Origin: Paragordius varius
Lineage: Eukaryota; Animalia; Nematomorpha
DNA: 64,000 nucleotides
Assembly (NCBI GenBank): GCA_964247055.1
Contig: OZ176060.1
Coordinates: 744,001 to 808,000 of the forward strand
Reading direction: 5' to 3'
Below are positions 1 through 13,600 of the stretch, piece after piece. Numbering within the stretch: position 1 is the stretch's first letter; each line of letters begins with the position of its first letter. The position numbers and the translations under genes are program-made. The notes under the pieces were generated by a model. That model saw only the letters and a program-made list of their open reading frames with translations, searched no databases and was not told the origin of the DNA.

Positions 1-104
1 AAATATTATTATTTAAATATTTTTATAAAAAAAATTATATATTAGTAATTCAAATAAAAAAAAATATTTTTTAATAAAATTTTTTTTTTATTTTCTGTTT
101 TCAG

Positions 105-219
105 GTATGTTGCTTGTTCCAATTTCTATGCTTGGTTCATGTGTTGTCCACATGGAACACTTTTTGATGTTCGGTCAAACATTTGCGAAACAGCTGATAA
201 AATAACATGTGATTATTGA
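105..219 (+). CDS. Terminal exon of chitin-binding (CBM14/peritrophin-A) gene, copy A; rest of gene lies upstream of the window
   Basis: Acceptor ttttcag|G at 104/105. Translates (W)YVACSNFYAWFMCCPHGTLFDVRSNICETADKITCDY* with TGA at 217-219. Near-identical to terminal exons at 16888-17002 and 46500-46614, which complete a six-Cys ChtBD2 domain. Confidence 0.85.
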
Positions 220-365
220 CAACAGCTGTTATTGAATTGTTATTGAAATAAATTTATTAATAATTTATAATTTTATATAATTTATTTATTTGATTATTAA
301 ATTTATTAGTATTTTTAATTTATATTTTTAATGATTTTTCTAGAACTAAATTTTTTTTCAAAAAA

Positions 366-750
366 ATGCGAAACAGCTGATAAAATAACATGTTATTACT
401 GAACAGCTGTTATAATTAAAAATTTAATAAATTAATAAATTTTTAATAATTATTTATGTTATAAATATATAGACATATATATATATATATATAGTAATTT
501 TTAATTAATATTCTTTAAATATTGAACATATATTTTCGAAAATACTAAAATTGCGAAACAGCTGATAATGTGATTACTGAACAGCTGTTATTGAATTGAT
601 ATTGAAATAAATATTATAATTAATTGATTTATATAATCAATTATATATATAATTTATGTATTATTAATTTTTTTTACATATTTATTATTTTAGATATATT
701 TTTAATAAAAGTAGATAAAATTACATGTGATTCTTGAACAGCTGTTAATA
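366..750 (+). repeat. Degenerate reiterations of the 3' end of the chitin-binding terminal exon (copy A)
   Basis: tgcgaaacagctgataaaataacatg(tg)attactgaacagctgtt recurs at about 366, 552 and 720, separated by AT-only spacers. Confidence 0.85.
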
Positions 751-1084
751 ATTATTTACGTTATATAATTTATAAATATAATTAATATTGAATATATATA
801 ATTTGGTTTAAAATGGTTAAAAATACAAAAAATCCGACAAAAATTGCATAAAAATTGATTGAAACAGCTGATTTATTTGAGCTAAAATTGAAAAATACAA
901 AATATCCGTAAATTGAATAAAAATTGTTTGAATTTTGTAGAAAATTCTGAAAATTGACAAAAATTGTAAAAAAATTGAATAATTAAAATAATCTACCAAA
1001 AACAGCTGTTCATATCAAAAAGATTTGATTTATTATTAGATTTATTTCTTAAATTTTTTGTTAAAAAAATAGTTGAAATAAAAT

Positions 1085-4000
1085 TTTGCCCTCATAGATG
1101 AGATTGGTCTTGACTCAGCTGTTTCTGTTATTAGGAACCCAGCTGTATAAAATAGCTGACTAAAGTTTCTAAAGTAATTTTTCAAGATTAAAAGTTTGAA
1201 AAAATCTATATTTGTGACAAAAAAACGAAAAATAAACCGTCAAAAATTGATAAAAATTAAAAAAAAATGACAAAAATTGATAAAAATTGAAAAAAAACAG
1301 CTGATTTGGTATAAAATTGTTAAAAATACAAAAAATTCGACAAAAAATGAATTAAAATTGTTTAAAACAGCTGATTTTTTTATTAAATCTACCAAAAACA
1401 GCTGTTCATTCATAAAGATTTAATTAAAAAAAAATAGAATTATTTCAATTTAAATTTTTTGTTAAAAAATTGAAATAAAATTTTGCCCTTATCGATAAGA
1501 TTGGTCATGACTCAGCTGTTATTGTCATCAGAAACCCTGAAAATCAGCTGATCAAAATTTCTAAGAAGGTTATTTTACAAAGTTTTAAACTTTAATAATT
1601 CTTTGAAAAAAAGAAAAAAAATGAAAAAAATATAAAAAGTTGATTAAAACAGCTGATTTGGTTTAAAATGGTTAAAAATACAAAATTTGAATAAAAGTAG
1701 TTTAAAACAGGTGATTGGGCTAAAAATTCTAAAAAAATGACAAAGACTGACAAAATTCAAAAAAAAATTGAATCAAACAGCTGATTTTTATTAATTTAAA
1801 GAAATAAAAAATAAAAAGTGGTGATTGTCTAAAAAGTTTAAAATTAAATTTATTCTTTTTTCAATATATTTTAAATTTTTTCAAAAAATGAAATTATTTT
1901 CATTCATCGATGAAATTGGTCATGACTCAGCTGTTTCGGTTATCAGGAACCCTAAAAAACAGCTGATTAAAATTTCTAAAGTAATTTTAAAAGATTTTTT
2001 TAAGAAATTTTAATAAAAACTTTATTGAAACAGATGATTTGAAATAAAATTATAAAAAATACAAAATTACCGTGAAAAATTATTAAAAATTGTTTGAAAC
2101 AGTTTTTTTCGAAAGAAAAAAATCTATAAATACAGCTGATATTACTCAAAAAGTTTAGATTTAAAATTTATAGATTTTTTAGGTTTAAATTTTAACAAAA
2201 TATTAGTTAAATTAAGCTTTTGCCCTCATCGATGAGATTGGCCATGACTCAGCTGTTTCTGTCATCAGGAATCCAGCTGAAAAACAGCTGATCAAAATTT
2301 CTACGAAAGTAATTTAAAATTTTTTGAAAGAATTATAAAAAAAACGAAAAAAATTGATAAAATTTAAAAAAAACAGCTGATTTGAGGTTAAAATTGTTAA
2401 AAATGATAAAATTAAAACAAAAACTGATTTGATTAAATATTGATCGAAACAGCTGATTTTGTAAAAATCTACAAAAAAACAGCTGATAATACTGTAAAAA
2501 TTTAAAAATCAAATTTATCAGATTTTTAAATTTTTTAAAAAAATTGAAGTTCTGACGTGGCTTTCGCCCTCATAGATGAGATTGGCCATGACTCAGCTGG
2601 TCATCAAAAATCCAGCTGAAAAACAGCTGATCAAAATCTCTAAAGTAATTTTTAAAGATTAAAAGTTTGAAAAAATCTATATTTGTGACAAAAAAACGAA
2701 AAATAAACCGTCAAAAATTGATAAAGATTCTAAAAAAACAGCTGATCTGGGTTAAAATACAAGAAAACCGTGAAAAATTGAATAAAAACTGATTGAAACA
2801 GCTGATTTAATATATTTCAAAAAAAACTGTTTTCCGAAGAAAAACACAGAAAAACCGTAAAAAATTGAATAATAATTTTTTTTCAAAAAAAAGCTGTTTT
2901 TGTTAGAAAATAGAAAAAAACCGTGAAAAATTGAATAAAAATTGTTTGAAACAGCTGATTGGGCTTAAATATTAAAAAACCACACAAAAAACAGCTGTTC
3001 ATTCGAAAACGCTAAAAATTAAAATTATTAGATATATTTCGGTTAAAAATTTCACAAAAAAATAATTGAATTTAAATTCTCCCTCATCGATGAGATTGGA
3101 CATGACTCAGCTGTTTCTGTCATCAGGAACCCTGAAAAACAGCTGATTAAAGTTTCTAAAAAGGTAATTTTTGAAGATAAAAAGTGCGAAAAAAATTATT
3201 TTTTTAAAACTAATTGTAAAAAAACGAAAAAAAATGAATAAAACAGCTTTTTTTGAAAGATAAATACAAAATATATGTGAAAAATGGAATAAAAATTGTT
3301 TAAAACAGCTGTTTTTAATATATTTTTTTAAAAAAACTGTTCTCCGAAGAAAAATAGAGAAAAACCGTAAAAAATTGATTGAAAGCTAGAATCAAAAAAT
3401 CTACAAAATAATTGAGTATAAATTTCGCCCTTATCGATGAGATTGGACATGACTCAGCTGTTTCGATTATTAGAAACCCTGAAAAACAGCTGACTAAAGT
3501 TTCTAAGAAAGTAATTTAAAGTTTTTTTAAAAAAACTATATATATGACAAAAAACGTAAAAAATACCATTTTTATGAATTAATCTTTAAAAATAGCCATT
3601 TTTGGAAGAAAAATATAAAAAACCGTAAAAAATTAAATAAAATTAAATAAAACAGCTGATTTGGGCTAATAACGTTAAAAATTCGATAAAAACCAGCAAA
3701 ATTTAATAAAAATTGAATAAAACAGCTGATGTATAAATCTAAAAAACAGACAAAAAACAGCTGTTCACATCATTTAAATTTAAAATTATAAGATATATTT
3801 TGGTTTAAATTTTTAACAAAAATTAAATTATTCGCCCTCATCGATGAGATTGGACATGACTCAGCTGTCTCGGTTATCAGAAACCCTGAAAAACAGCTGA
3901 TTAATGTTTCTAAAAAGGTAATTTTTGAGGATAAAAAGTATGAAATAATTTATTTTTTTAAAAAAAATTGTAAAAAAAACAAAATAAATAAAACAGCTGT

Positions 4001-4110
4001 TTTCATTAAAACATGGAAAAAGCGTGAAAATATAAATAAAAAGATATACATTTGACTCAGCTGTTTCAGCGATTAGGAACCCTGAAAAATAACTGATTAA
4101 CTAAGAAAGT
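1085..4110 (+). repeat. Array of about 8 copies (plus a partial) of a ~95-bp coding-like exon unit ending in a splice donor, in CAGCTG-rich degenerate spacers
   Basis: Core tt(t/c)gccctcatcgatgagattggNcatgactcagctgtttctgtcatcaggaaccctgaaaaacagctgatcaaaatttctaa(aaag)|gtaatt at about 1085, 1481, 1897, 2219, 2563, 3077, 3424, 3832, with a partial at 4054. Translates FALIDEIGHDSAVSVIRNPEKQLIKISK(K). Confidence 0.85.
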
Positions 4111-4632
4111 GATAAGTTTTTTAACCCTTTTTTTGCAAAGAAAACAGTTGTTTTGGGAGGGAAAATATTTAAAAAAAACCATGGGAAATTAAATAAAAAA
4201 TGTCAGCTGTTTGATTTATCAGGAACCCTGATTTGTAAAGAAAAATGGAGTTCCTTGAAATTGACAAAACAGCTGTTTTTTTGAAAAATGCAATTGTATA
4301 ACAGCAGCTGATATATATTTTAGATATCAATATATATATTTATATATATATATTTTAGATATCAAAAATATTAAATATTTATTAAAAATATGTTTTTTAC
4401 TAAAATAAATAAAAAAATTTAATATTTATAAATAATTTTTTGGAAAAACCATTAAATAAATTTAAATTAATTATATATTTTCAAAATAAAATATTTATAA
4501 AATAAATAATTATAAATTAAATTATTTTCAAAAAATATAAATTTTGAAATATAAAAATAATAAATTATAAAATTTTTCAAATATACAATCAAAAAAATAA
4601 TTATATTACTATTTTCTTATAATTATATTTAG

Positions 4633-7600
4633 AAACCATTATCATCTGATGCCGAGACCAAATCAGGTGATCTGCCTCCTTTTTCGCACACATTCATCCC
4701 ATCAGCTGCAACTGACTTTAGAAAATTTCAAACAGCTGTTCCAACCAATAATTTTGGAAATAATAATAATTTTCAAATTCCTACTGATTATGATTTTGGT
4801 ATTTATTTTATAAAACAGCTGATATTCATTAAATTCTAAAATACAGCTGTTTATAAATTTATTAATATTTTGTCAACATTTATTTATTCTTATTTTAAAA
4901 AATTATTTAAGTTTTTTAAATAATTATAAAAGGATAATTTTCAAATTCCTACTGATTATGATTTTGGTATATATTTTTTAATAAAACAGATATTATATAA
5001 AAACAGCTGTTTATAAATATTAATTATTTATTTAAAAAATATATATTTAAATTTTTTATATTTTGTTATAATTTATTTATTTTTATAATGATATTATATC
5101 TTTAATATCTTTTTTACATATTTAATGTTTTATTTAAATTTTTTAAAAATAAAATATATTTGAATAACAGCTGTTTTTATTAAAAATTTAACACAAAATA
5201 ATAATTTTCGAATTCCTACTGATTATGATTTCGGTATTTAATTATTTATTTCATAAAACAGCTGATTTATATAAAAAAAATATTTATATGTCTAAAACAG
5301 CTGTTTCCAGATAGATATTTATATGTATAGATAAATTGATTTGTAAAAATTTATTTATTTATTTAATAAATTTTTTTTTAATTTTTTAATATAAATATAT
5401 ATAAAAGCTGTTTTTGCTTATAATTCACTAAAAATAATAATTTTCAAATTCTACTGATTTATTTTTAAAAATTTTTAAAGACAGCTGTTTATATATTTAT
5501 TAATTATAAGTTTTTTGTAATGTTTAAAACAGCTGTTTTTATATATTATATTTTATTTTTTTTAATATCTTAATTATTTTTATTTATAATTTAATTTAAA
5601 TGTTTTAAAAATAAAATATATTTTAAAAACAGCTGTTATTTTTTAAAATTTAATGAAAAATGTTAATTTTTGAATTCCTACTGATTATGATTTTGGTATT
5701 TATTTATTTTTTTCATAAAACAGCTGATATTATTTTAAAATGTTTATTAATCCTTAAAACAGCAGTTTTCAGATAATATATATATAAAAATTATTTTATT
5801 TACATTTAATAATAAATTAAATTTTTTTAAAAAAAAATATATTATTTTTAATAATTATATTGAATATTAATTTATTAAATAAAATAAATTTTTGAAAACA
5901 GCTGTTTACAAAATCTTAAAAAACAGATTTATCTGAATTATATTATTTAAATATTATTATAATATAAAAAAAATATTTTATAAAAAAATTATAAAAACAG
6001 CTGATTTATAAAATTATTAAATTGTTTTAATTTAATATAAAATAATTTTTTTAAAATAAAAATTATCTATTTATATTATATAAATAATTAATCTTATTAA
6101 AAAACAGCTTATTAATTAAATTGTTTTAATTAATAATAAAATAATTTATTTAAAATAAAAATTATCTATTTATATTATATAAATAATTAATCTTATTAAA
6201 AAACAGCTTATTAATTAAATTGTTTTAATTAATAATAAAATAATTTATTTAAAATAAAAATTATCTGTTTATAATATAAAAAAATAAATTGTTTTATAAA
6301 AAAACAGCTGATTTAATAAAATAAATTTTAAACTAAAAATATAAAATAATTATTTTTTTAAAAAATAATTTATATTAAAAAAACAGCTATTTATTAAAAA
6401 AAATTTTATTTTATAAAAATATAATTATAAAATATTAAATTTATTTTTTTGATAAATAAATAATTTTATTACAAAACAGCTGATTTATAAAAAATTTTTA
6501 AAAAAAACTGCTGATTTATTAATTAAATTTTTTTAATATAAAATTTTAAATTAATATCAAATTTTTTTAATTTAATTATAAAATAATTTTTTATAGATTA
6601 ATTAATTTTATATTAAAATTAAAAAACAGCTGATTTATTAAAAAAATTAATTTAATTTTTTAATTTAATAGAAGAAATTGGCCATAATAGGAATTTCGAA
6701 CAAACTTTTCAAAGGCCGAAACCTCTAACAGCTGGTTATTTTATTTTTTTTATTTTTATTTTTTTAATTTTATTTTTTTATTTAAAATTAATATTTAAAA
6801 AATATTAATTTAATATAATATATAAATTAAATAAAAGATTAATTTAATTAATTTTTTTTTATTTTATCAAAAATTGAAATAAATATTATATTTTTATTAA
6901 AAAATTAATATAATAAAACAATAAAAACTTAATGAAAAATATATTTATTTTTTTTATATTTTTTTAATTTTATTTTTTTTATATTTTTTTTATTTTACAT
7001 ATTTTTTAAAAAAAGAATTTAATAATATATTTTAATAAAAAATTTAATTTTTTTTCTAATATATTTTTAAATTTTTCTTTTCAAAATTTAATATTTTTTT
7101 ATTTTTTTTATTAATTTTTAAATATATTTTAATATTTTTTTTATTTTGTTATTTAAAAATTAATAATTAATAATTAAAAAATATAAATTTAATAATTTTA
7201 TTTTTTTTATTTTTTTATATTATTTTAATTTATTTTTTTGTTATTTATTTCTTTTATTTTATTTATTTTTTTTATAAATAATTAATAATTAATTTAAAAA
7301 ATATAAATTTAATATAACATATTTTTTTCATTTAATTTATATTATTCAAAAAATAATATTTATTATTTAAATTATTTTTATTTATATTTTTAATTTTTTT
7401 TAAGAATAAAAAATTAAATATTATTTTAAAAAACAATTTAATTTTAGATTATCCAAATTTTATTGATCATATTGGCGGTTCTCATTTTCAATCCACGAGG
7501 TTTTTAATTAAAAAAATTTTAAATTAATTAATTTTTAATAATTATATTATTTATTTTTAATTAATTAATAAATATATTAATTAATTTCTGTTTTTTTTAT

Positions 7601-10600
7601 TAATATTTTTTTAATAAAAATTTTGGTTTATATAATATAAAAAAATAAATAAATTTTATAAAAAAAAGATATTTTATTAATATTTTTAATTATTTTAAAA
7701 ATTATAAAATATATCTTTATAATTATTTTTATTTTTTAATATTATTTTTTATAAAAAAATAATTAAAAATATTTTAATTTTAAATAATATAAATATTTTA
7801 TTTTAAAAAAAAAATTTTAAAAAATTTATTTAGTGTATAAAATTTTATAAATTAATGTTTTATTTTTTTTATAAAAATTATTTTTTATTTTTTTAAATTT
7901 ATATTTCTTATAGAATAATTATTTAAAATTTTAATTTAACTTTAATATTTTTATTTTTTAAAAAATTAAAAAAAATATATTAAAAAAAATAATATTTTAA
8001 TTTAAATATTTTTTAAAAATTATTAAAAAAATATTATTTTTATAAAAAATAACTATTATTTTTAAAAAATTACAAAAAATAAATATTTTTTATATTTTTT
8101 TAATAAAAAATAAAATTTTAATTAAAAATTTATATATTTTAATATTTAAAAAAAAAATTATTAAAAAAATATTTTTTTAAAAAATAATTAAAAAATTTTT
8201 TTTTAAATAATTTTTTTAGATTTGAAACTCAACCGTTCTCACCTGATTTATTATTGCCGAGATCAGCTGTTCCCTTAACTGCAAAAAGTGTTAAAAGGTG
8301 ATTTTAAATAATTTTTTTGAAATATTATTTTAAATTAAAAAAAAATTTTATTAAAATTAAATAATTTAATTACAATTTGATATTTATTTAAAAATTAAAT
8401 TATTTTATATATATATATTTATATAAAATTAAATATTTAAAAATAATATTAATTTTACTATTTAAAAAATAATTTTAATATTATTTTATTTATTATATTA
8501 AAATTTATTTAAAATATTATATATCTTTTAAAACAAAACTATAAAATATTTAAAATTTAAAATAATTTATTAGTTTATTAAAATAAAAAAATAATACATA
8601 ATATATATTTATCATTATTTATAAAATTAAATAATTAATTATATGTATTTAAATTAATTTTAAAAAAAAATTTAATTTTTTTCAATATTCTTAATTTTTT
8701 TGTATTTTTTATTTTTTTAATAATTTTTAATAATTTTATTAATTAATTAAAATTAAGTATATTTAAATATTATATCTTTTAAAAAACTTTAAATTTTTTT
8801 TGTTTTAATTTTATTTTTTTTATTTTTAATAATTTTTGGTAATATTATTAAATCAAATATTTTAATTTTAAACAAAAAGATAATTTTTAAAATAATTTTT
8901 TTTTAAATAATATAATTAATATTTTTTAAATTTTTTTTTTAATAGTTTTTTTAATTTTTTTTGTATTAATTTTATTTTTTAATTTTTTTGTTTTTGATAA
9001 TTTTTAAAATTTTTTTTATTATTTTAAAAAAATTTTTAAATGATTAATTTTAAAATTAAATATTTAAATTTTAAAAAAAAATTATATTTTTTATTATTTT
9101 TTTATTTTTTATTTTTTTTTATTATTTTAGAATAACCGCCCCCTTTAGACGTCAAATATTTACGACAACACCTGTTCGCCCAATCAGCTGTTTAATTTAA
9201 TATTTTTTATTTTTTTATTTTTTTAAAAATATTAATTTTTATAATTTAAATTATTTAAAAAATATTTTAAATTATAAATTATTAAAAACTTAAAAATATT
9301 GATTTTAAAAATATTTTAGAAATATATTTATTTTAATAAAAAAATTAATTTATAAAAATATAAATAAAATAAATTAAATTTAATTTAAAGGAATTAACTT
9401 TTTATTTTTTTAAATTATTTTTATTTCCTTAAAAAAATTATTAAATTTTAATAAAAAATAAAAAATATATTTTTTATTAAATAATTAAGTTTTAATTTTT
9501 TTTTAGTATTTTCTAGAAGAACTTTGCCATCTATACCAGGTTTTTATTTTTTTTTATTTTTTTTTAATTTTTTATATTATTTTTTAATTTTTTATAATTT
9601 TTTTTTATTTTTTATTATATATAAAAATATTTTTATTTTATATTTTTTTATTTTTTTATAAATAAATTATATTTTTATATTTTTTATATTTTTTTTTATT
9701 TTATTTAATTTTTTTATTATTTGTTTTATAAATTAAATAAATTATATTTTTTTTTATTCTTTGTATTTTTTATTTTACATATTTTTTTATTATTTTTTAT
9801 ATTGTTTTTTATTTAATATTTTTTTAATTAAATAATTTAATATTTTTTATATTTTTTGTATTTTTTATTATGTTATTTTTTTTATATTATTTTATTGTTT
9901 TTTTAAATATTTTTTTATTTAAATAATTTAATATTTTTTTAGTTTTTTAGGTAAAAAATGAAATTAAATAAATTATATTTTTTATTTTTTATATTTTTTA
10001 ATTATTTTATTTTTTATATTTTTTTATTTTTTGTAAAAAAAATTTATTTATTTATTTTTTTATTTAACTTATAATTTTATAAATATTTTTATTTAATTTA
10101 AAATTTTATAAAATATTTTATTTAATTTTTTTAAGATTATTAAATATTTATTTTTAATTACTATTTATAATTAAAATAAATTAAATAAATTATATTTTAT
10201 ATATTTTTTTGTATTTTTTTTATTTTTTTTAATTTTTTTTTATTTTTTTCTTTTATTAAAATTTGAAATATTTATATTTTGATTGATAAATTTTTATTAA
10301 TTAAATATTTAATATATTTGAATTTAATTATTTTTATTAATAATTATAAATAAAATTACTTTTAATTTATATTTTAAATAATAAAATAACAATTTTAATA
10401 TATTTTTATTAATAGTATAATTTCTAAAAATTTAAATTAATTAATTTATAAAATATTTTAATTAATTTATATTTTAAATAAAAAATAATTATTTTTTATT
10501 TAAAATCAGCTGTTAGATTAGAAACAGCTGGTTTTGGAAGTTCTAGAAGTTCGGCTGTTTTTACACGTGCCCGAGTTACAGGTAAAAAATAAAAACTAAA

Positions 10601-13600
10601 AAAAATATTTTAAATTATTTTATTTAAAATATTTTATTAATATTTTATATAATATTTAAAAAAATAAAAAATTTAAATGAATACATATATATATTTGAAA
10701 TTAAAAAAAAGAAATTTATTTAAATTATTAAATATTTTATATAAAAATTATTTAAATTATTCTTATAAATTAAATTTTTAAATTATTATTAAAAAATATA
10801 TTTTATAAATATTTAAATAAAAATATTTAAAAATTATATAAATATAAAAAAAAGTTATAAAATATATATTAAAAATTAATTATATATATAAATATTAAAC
10901 ATTTAAAAATTAAAAAATCAATTATTTTAAGTTTATTAAATTAATAAAAAAAATTTATTAAAATAAAGAAGATATATTTAAAATAAAAATGTATATATTA
11001 TATTTATAAACTTTGATAAAAATAATAAAATATAAATTTTATTATAAATATATTTATATAAATAAAATAAAAAAAATTTAAAAAATAAATTAATTTTTTT
11101 AAAAAATATATTTAAATTTTTATAATAAATAAGAAAATTATAATTTGATTAAATTAGAATATTAATCAAATATTCAAAATAATTATTTTTAATTTTTATT
11201 AGGTTTTTTTTAAATAAATAATAAAATTATATATAAATTAATTTTTAAATATTTTTCCATAAAATAAAATTAAATAATAAAATTTTTAGTTTTAAAAAAT
11301 ATATTTTTCTTAATATTATTATTATCAATAAACTTAAATAAATATAAAATTAAAATTAAAATTTTTAAATATATTTTTTAATAAAAAATAAATTATTAAA
11401 AAAAAAAATAATTTTATGATTTATTTTTATTATCATTATTATATATAATTTTATTAATTAAATATTGTTTTTATTAAAAATAAATAAATAAATATAATTT
11501 ATTAAAAATTTAATATTTTTTAATTAAAGCGCCACCTTTTGTTCCACGAACGCCCAGGATTTCGCCTTTTACCATTAATTCTGGTAAATTTATTTTTATA
11601 AATTTATTTAAAAAAATATATATTTTATTAATTTTTAAAAAAATTATTTAAATTTATTTAAAATATACAACTTTTAAAAATTTTATTTTGATTTGAAATA
11701 ATTTTTCTAAAACATTATTTAAATTCTTTTTTAATTATAGATATTTTTATATTTTTGAATTTTTTAATATTTTAAATCTAAAAATATATTTTTAATTTTT
11801 ATTTTAAATATTTTCTTAAAATTTAAATATTTTATTTTCTATTCTTTTTTTGTATTTTTTGAAATTAATTAATTTTTTTTAATTGTTTTTTAATAATTTT
11901 TTTAACGTTTTAGAATTTTTTTTAATTTTTTTAAGATTTTTAATATTTTTATATTTAATAATTTTTTTAAATCCTTTTTTACCATTTTTTAAAATTTTTT
12001 TAATTTTTTAAAATTAATTTTATTTTAATAATTTAAATTTTTAATTTTTTATTTTTCATTTTTTTTATTTATTTTAAAAAATGATACATAAATATTAATT
12101 TTTTTGATTTTTTTATTTATTTTTTAATTTTCTTTTTATATTTAACATTTTTTAATTTTTTTTATAATTTTTTGATTTTCTATTCTTTTTTATTTTATTA
12201 AATGTATTTTAATATATATTTTTATAAAATATTTAAATTATAGTATATATTTTTTATTCTCATTTTTTTATTTTATATATTTAATAATTTTTTATAATTT
12301 TTTAATTTTTTTTATTCTTATTATTTTTAATTAAAATTTCTATACTTTTTTTTATATTTAATAATAATTTTAATTTTTTTATATTTTTAATATATTTTCA
12401 ATAATTTTTAGATTTTTCTTTTGATTTTTTTAAAAAATTTTATTTTTTTTATATTTTTTAACATTTTTTAAATAAATTTATATTTAAAATATTTTTTATG
12501 TAATTTTATTTTTTAAATATATTTAATACTAAATAATAAATTATATTTGAAAAAATGATATATATATATAATATGAATATATTTAATTTTTAAATATTTT
12601 TTAGTTTTTTAAAAAAATATTATTTTTTATATATTTTAATATATAAATTTAAAATTTTTATTTTTTTAAATTTATTTTAATAATTTTTTTTTAATTTTTT
12701 ATTTTATATTTTTTTAGTTCCTCCAATAATAAGAACTCCATCAGCTGTTCAGCCAGCTGGTTTACCTCGAGGTAAAAAATATTTTTTTATAAAAATTTCA
12801 AAAATTATTATATTTTAAATATTTTTAAAAAATTTTGATTATTTTGATTTTATAAAATTAATTTTTAAGTAAAAAAACATAAAAAAATTTTAAAAAATTA
12901 ATTTTTTTTTAATTATTTTTATTATTTTTTGTTTTTTATAAAATATTTAAAAAAAATTAATAATATTAAAATATTTTTAATTTATTTTATTAATTTTATA
13001 AAATTAATTTTATTTTTAAATAAAAAATATAATATTAATTTTTTATAAAAAAAATTAATAAATTTTTTTTATAATTTTTATATTTTATATTTAATTTATA
13101 AAATATAAAAAGAAAATTAATAAATTTATTCAAATATTTTTAATTTATTTTATAAAAAAATTTTTTAAAAAAATTAATTTTTTTATTTTTTTTATTTAAT
13201 ATAAAATTATAAATTTTTAAAAAATAATTTAATTTTTATAATTTATTTATTTTTATTTTTTTATTTTAATAATAATTAAAAATATTCGTTTATTTTAAAT
13301 TTTTTTGTTTGTATTTTTCCATTTATTTTCATTTATTTACATTTTAAATATTATTTATTTTAATTTTTTTAAAAAAAATTTAAGTTTTTATTTATTTATT
13401 TTCATTCTGAAAAATAAAGAAATAAAAAAAATTTAATTTTTTTTAAAAATAAAAAATAATTTATTTTATAAATATTTTAAATTTTAAATTTTTTTTAGAA
13501 AATAATTTTTTTAAATTATATATATAAAAATTAATTTATTATAATAAATTTATTTTATTTATTAATAATTTTTCGTTTTTTATTATTTAATAAAATTAAA

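Noticed and set aside
817-999. ORF-track 60-aa minus-strand ORF
   Set aside because: F/I/L-rich translation of AT-rich repeat spacer, with no homology signal or splice context.
1825-2013. ORF-track 62-aa ORF as a standalone gene
   Set aside because: Only the central part is the repeated orphan exon; the flanks are AT filler and the listed start is a non-ATG codon.
1097-3900. Signal-peptide-like reading MRLVLTQLFLLLGTQL in the alternative + frame of the repeat
   Set aside because: This frame hits an early stop in each copy I translated (1-4), and variation falls on second codon positions.
1085-3900. Minus-strand reading of the repeat (FLMTETAESCPISSMRA) with a TTTTCAG acceptor
   Set aside because: The GGN variation gives TGA/TGG/TGT in that frame, including stops, and the homologue at about 30250 also has a stop.
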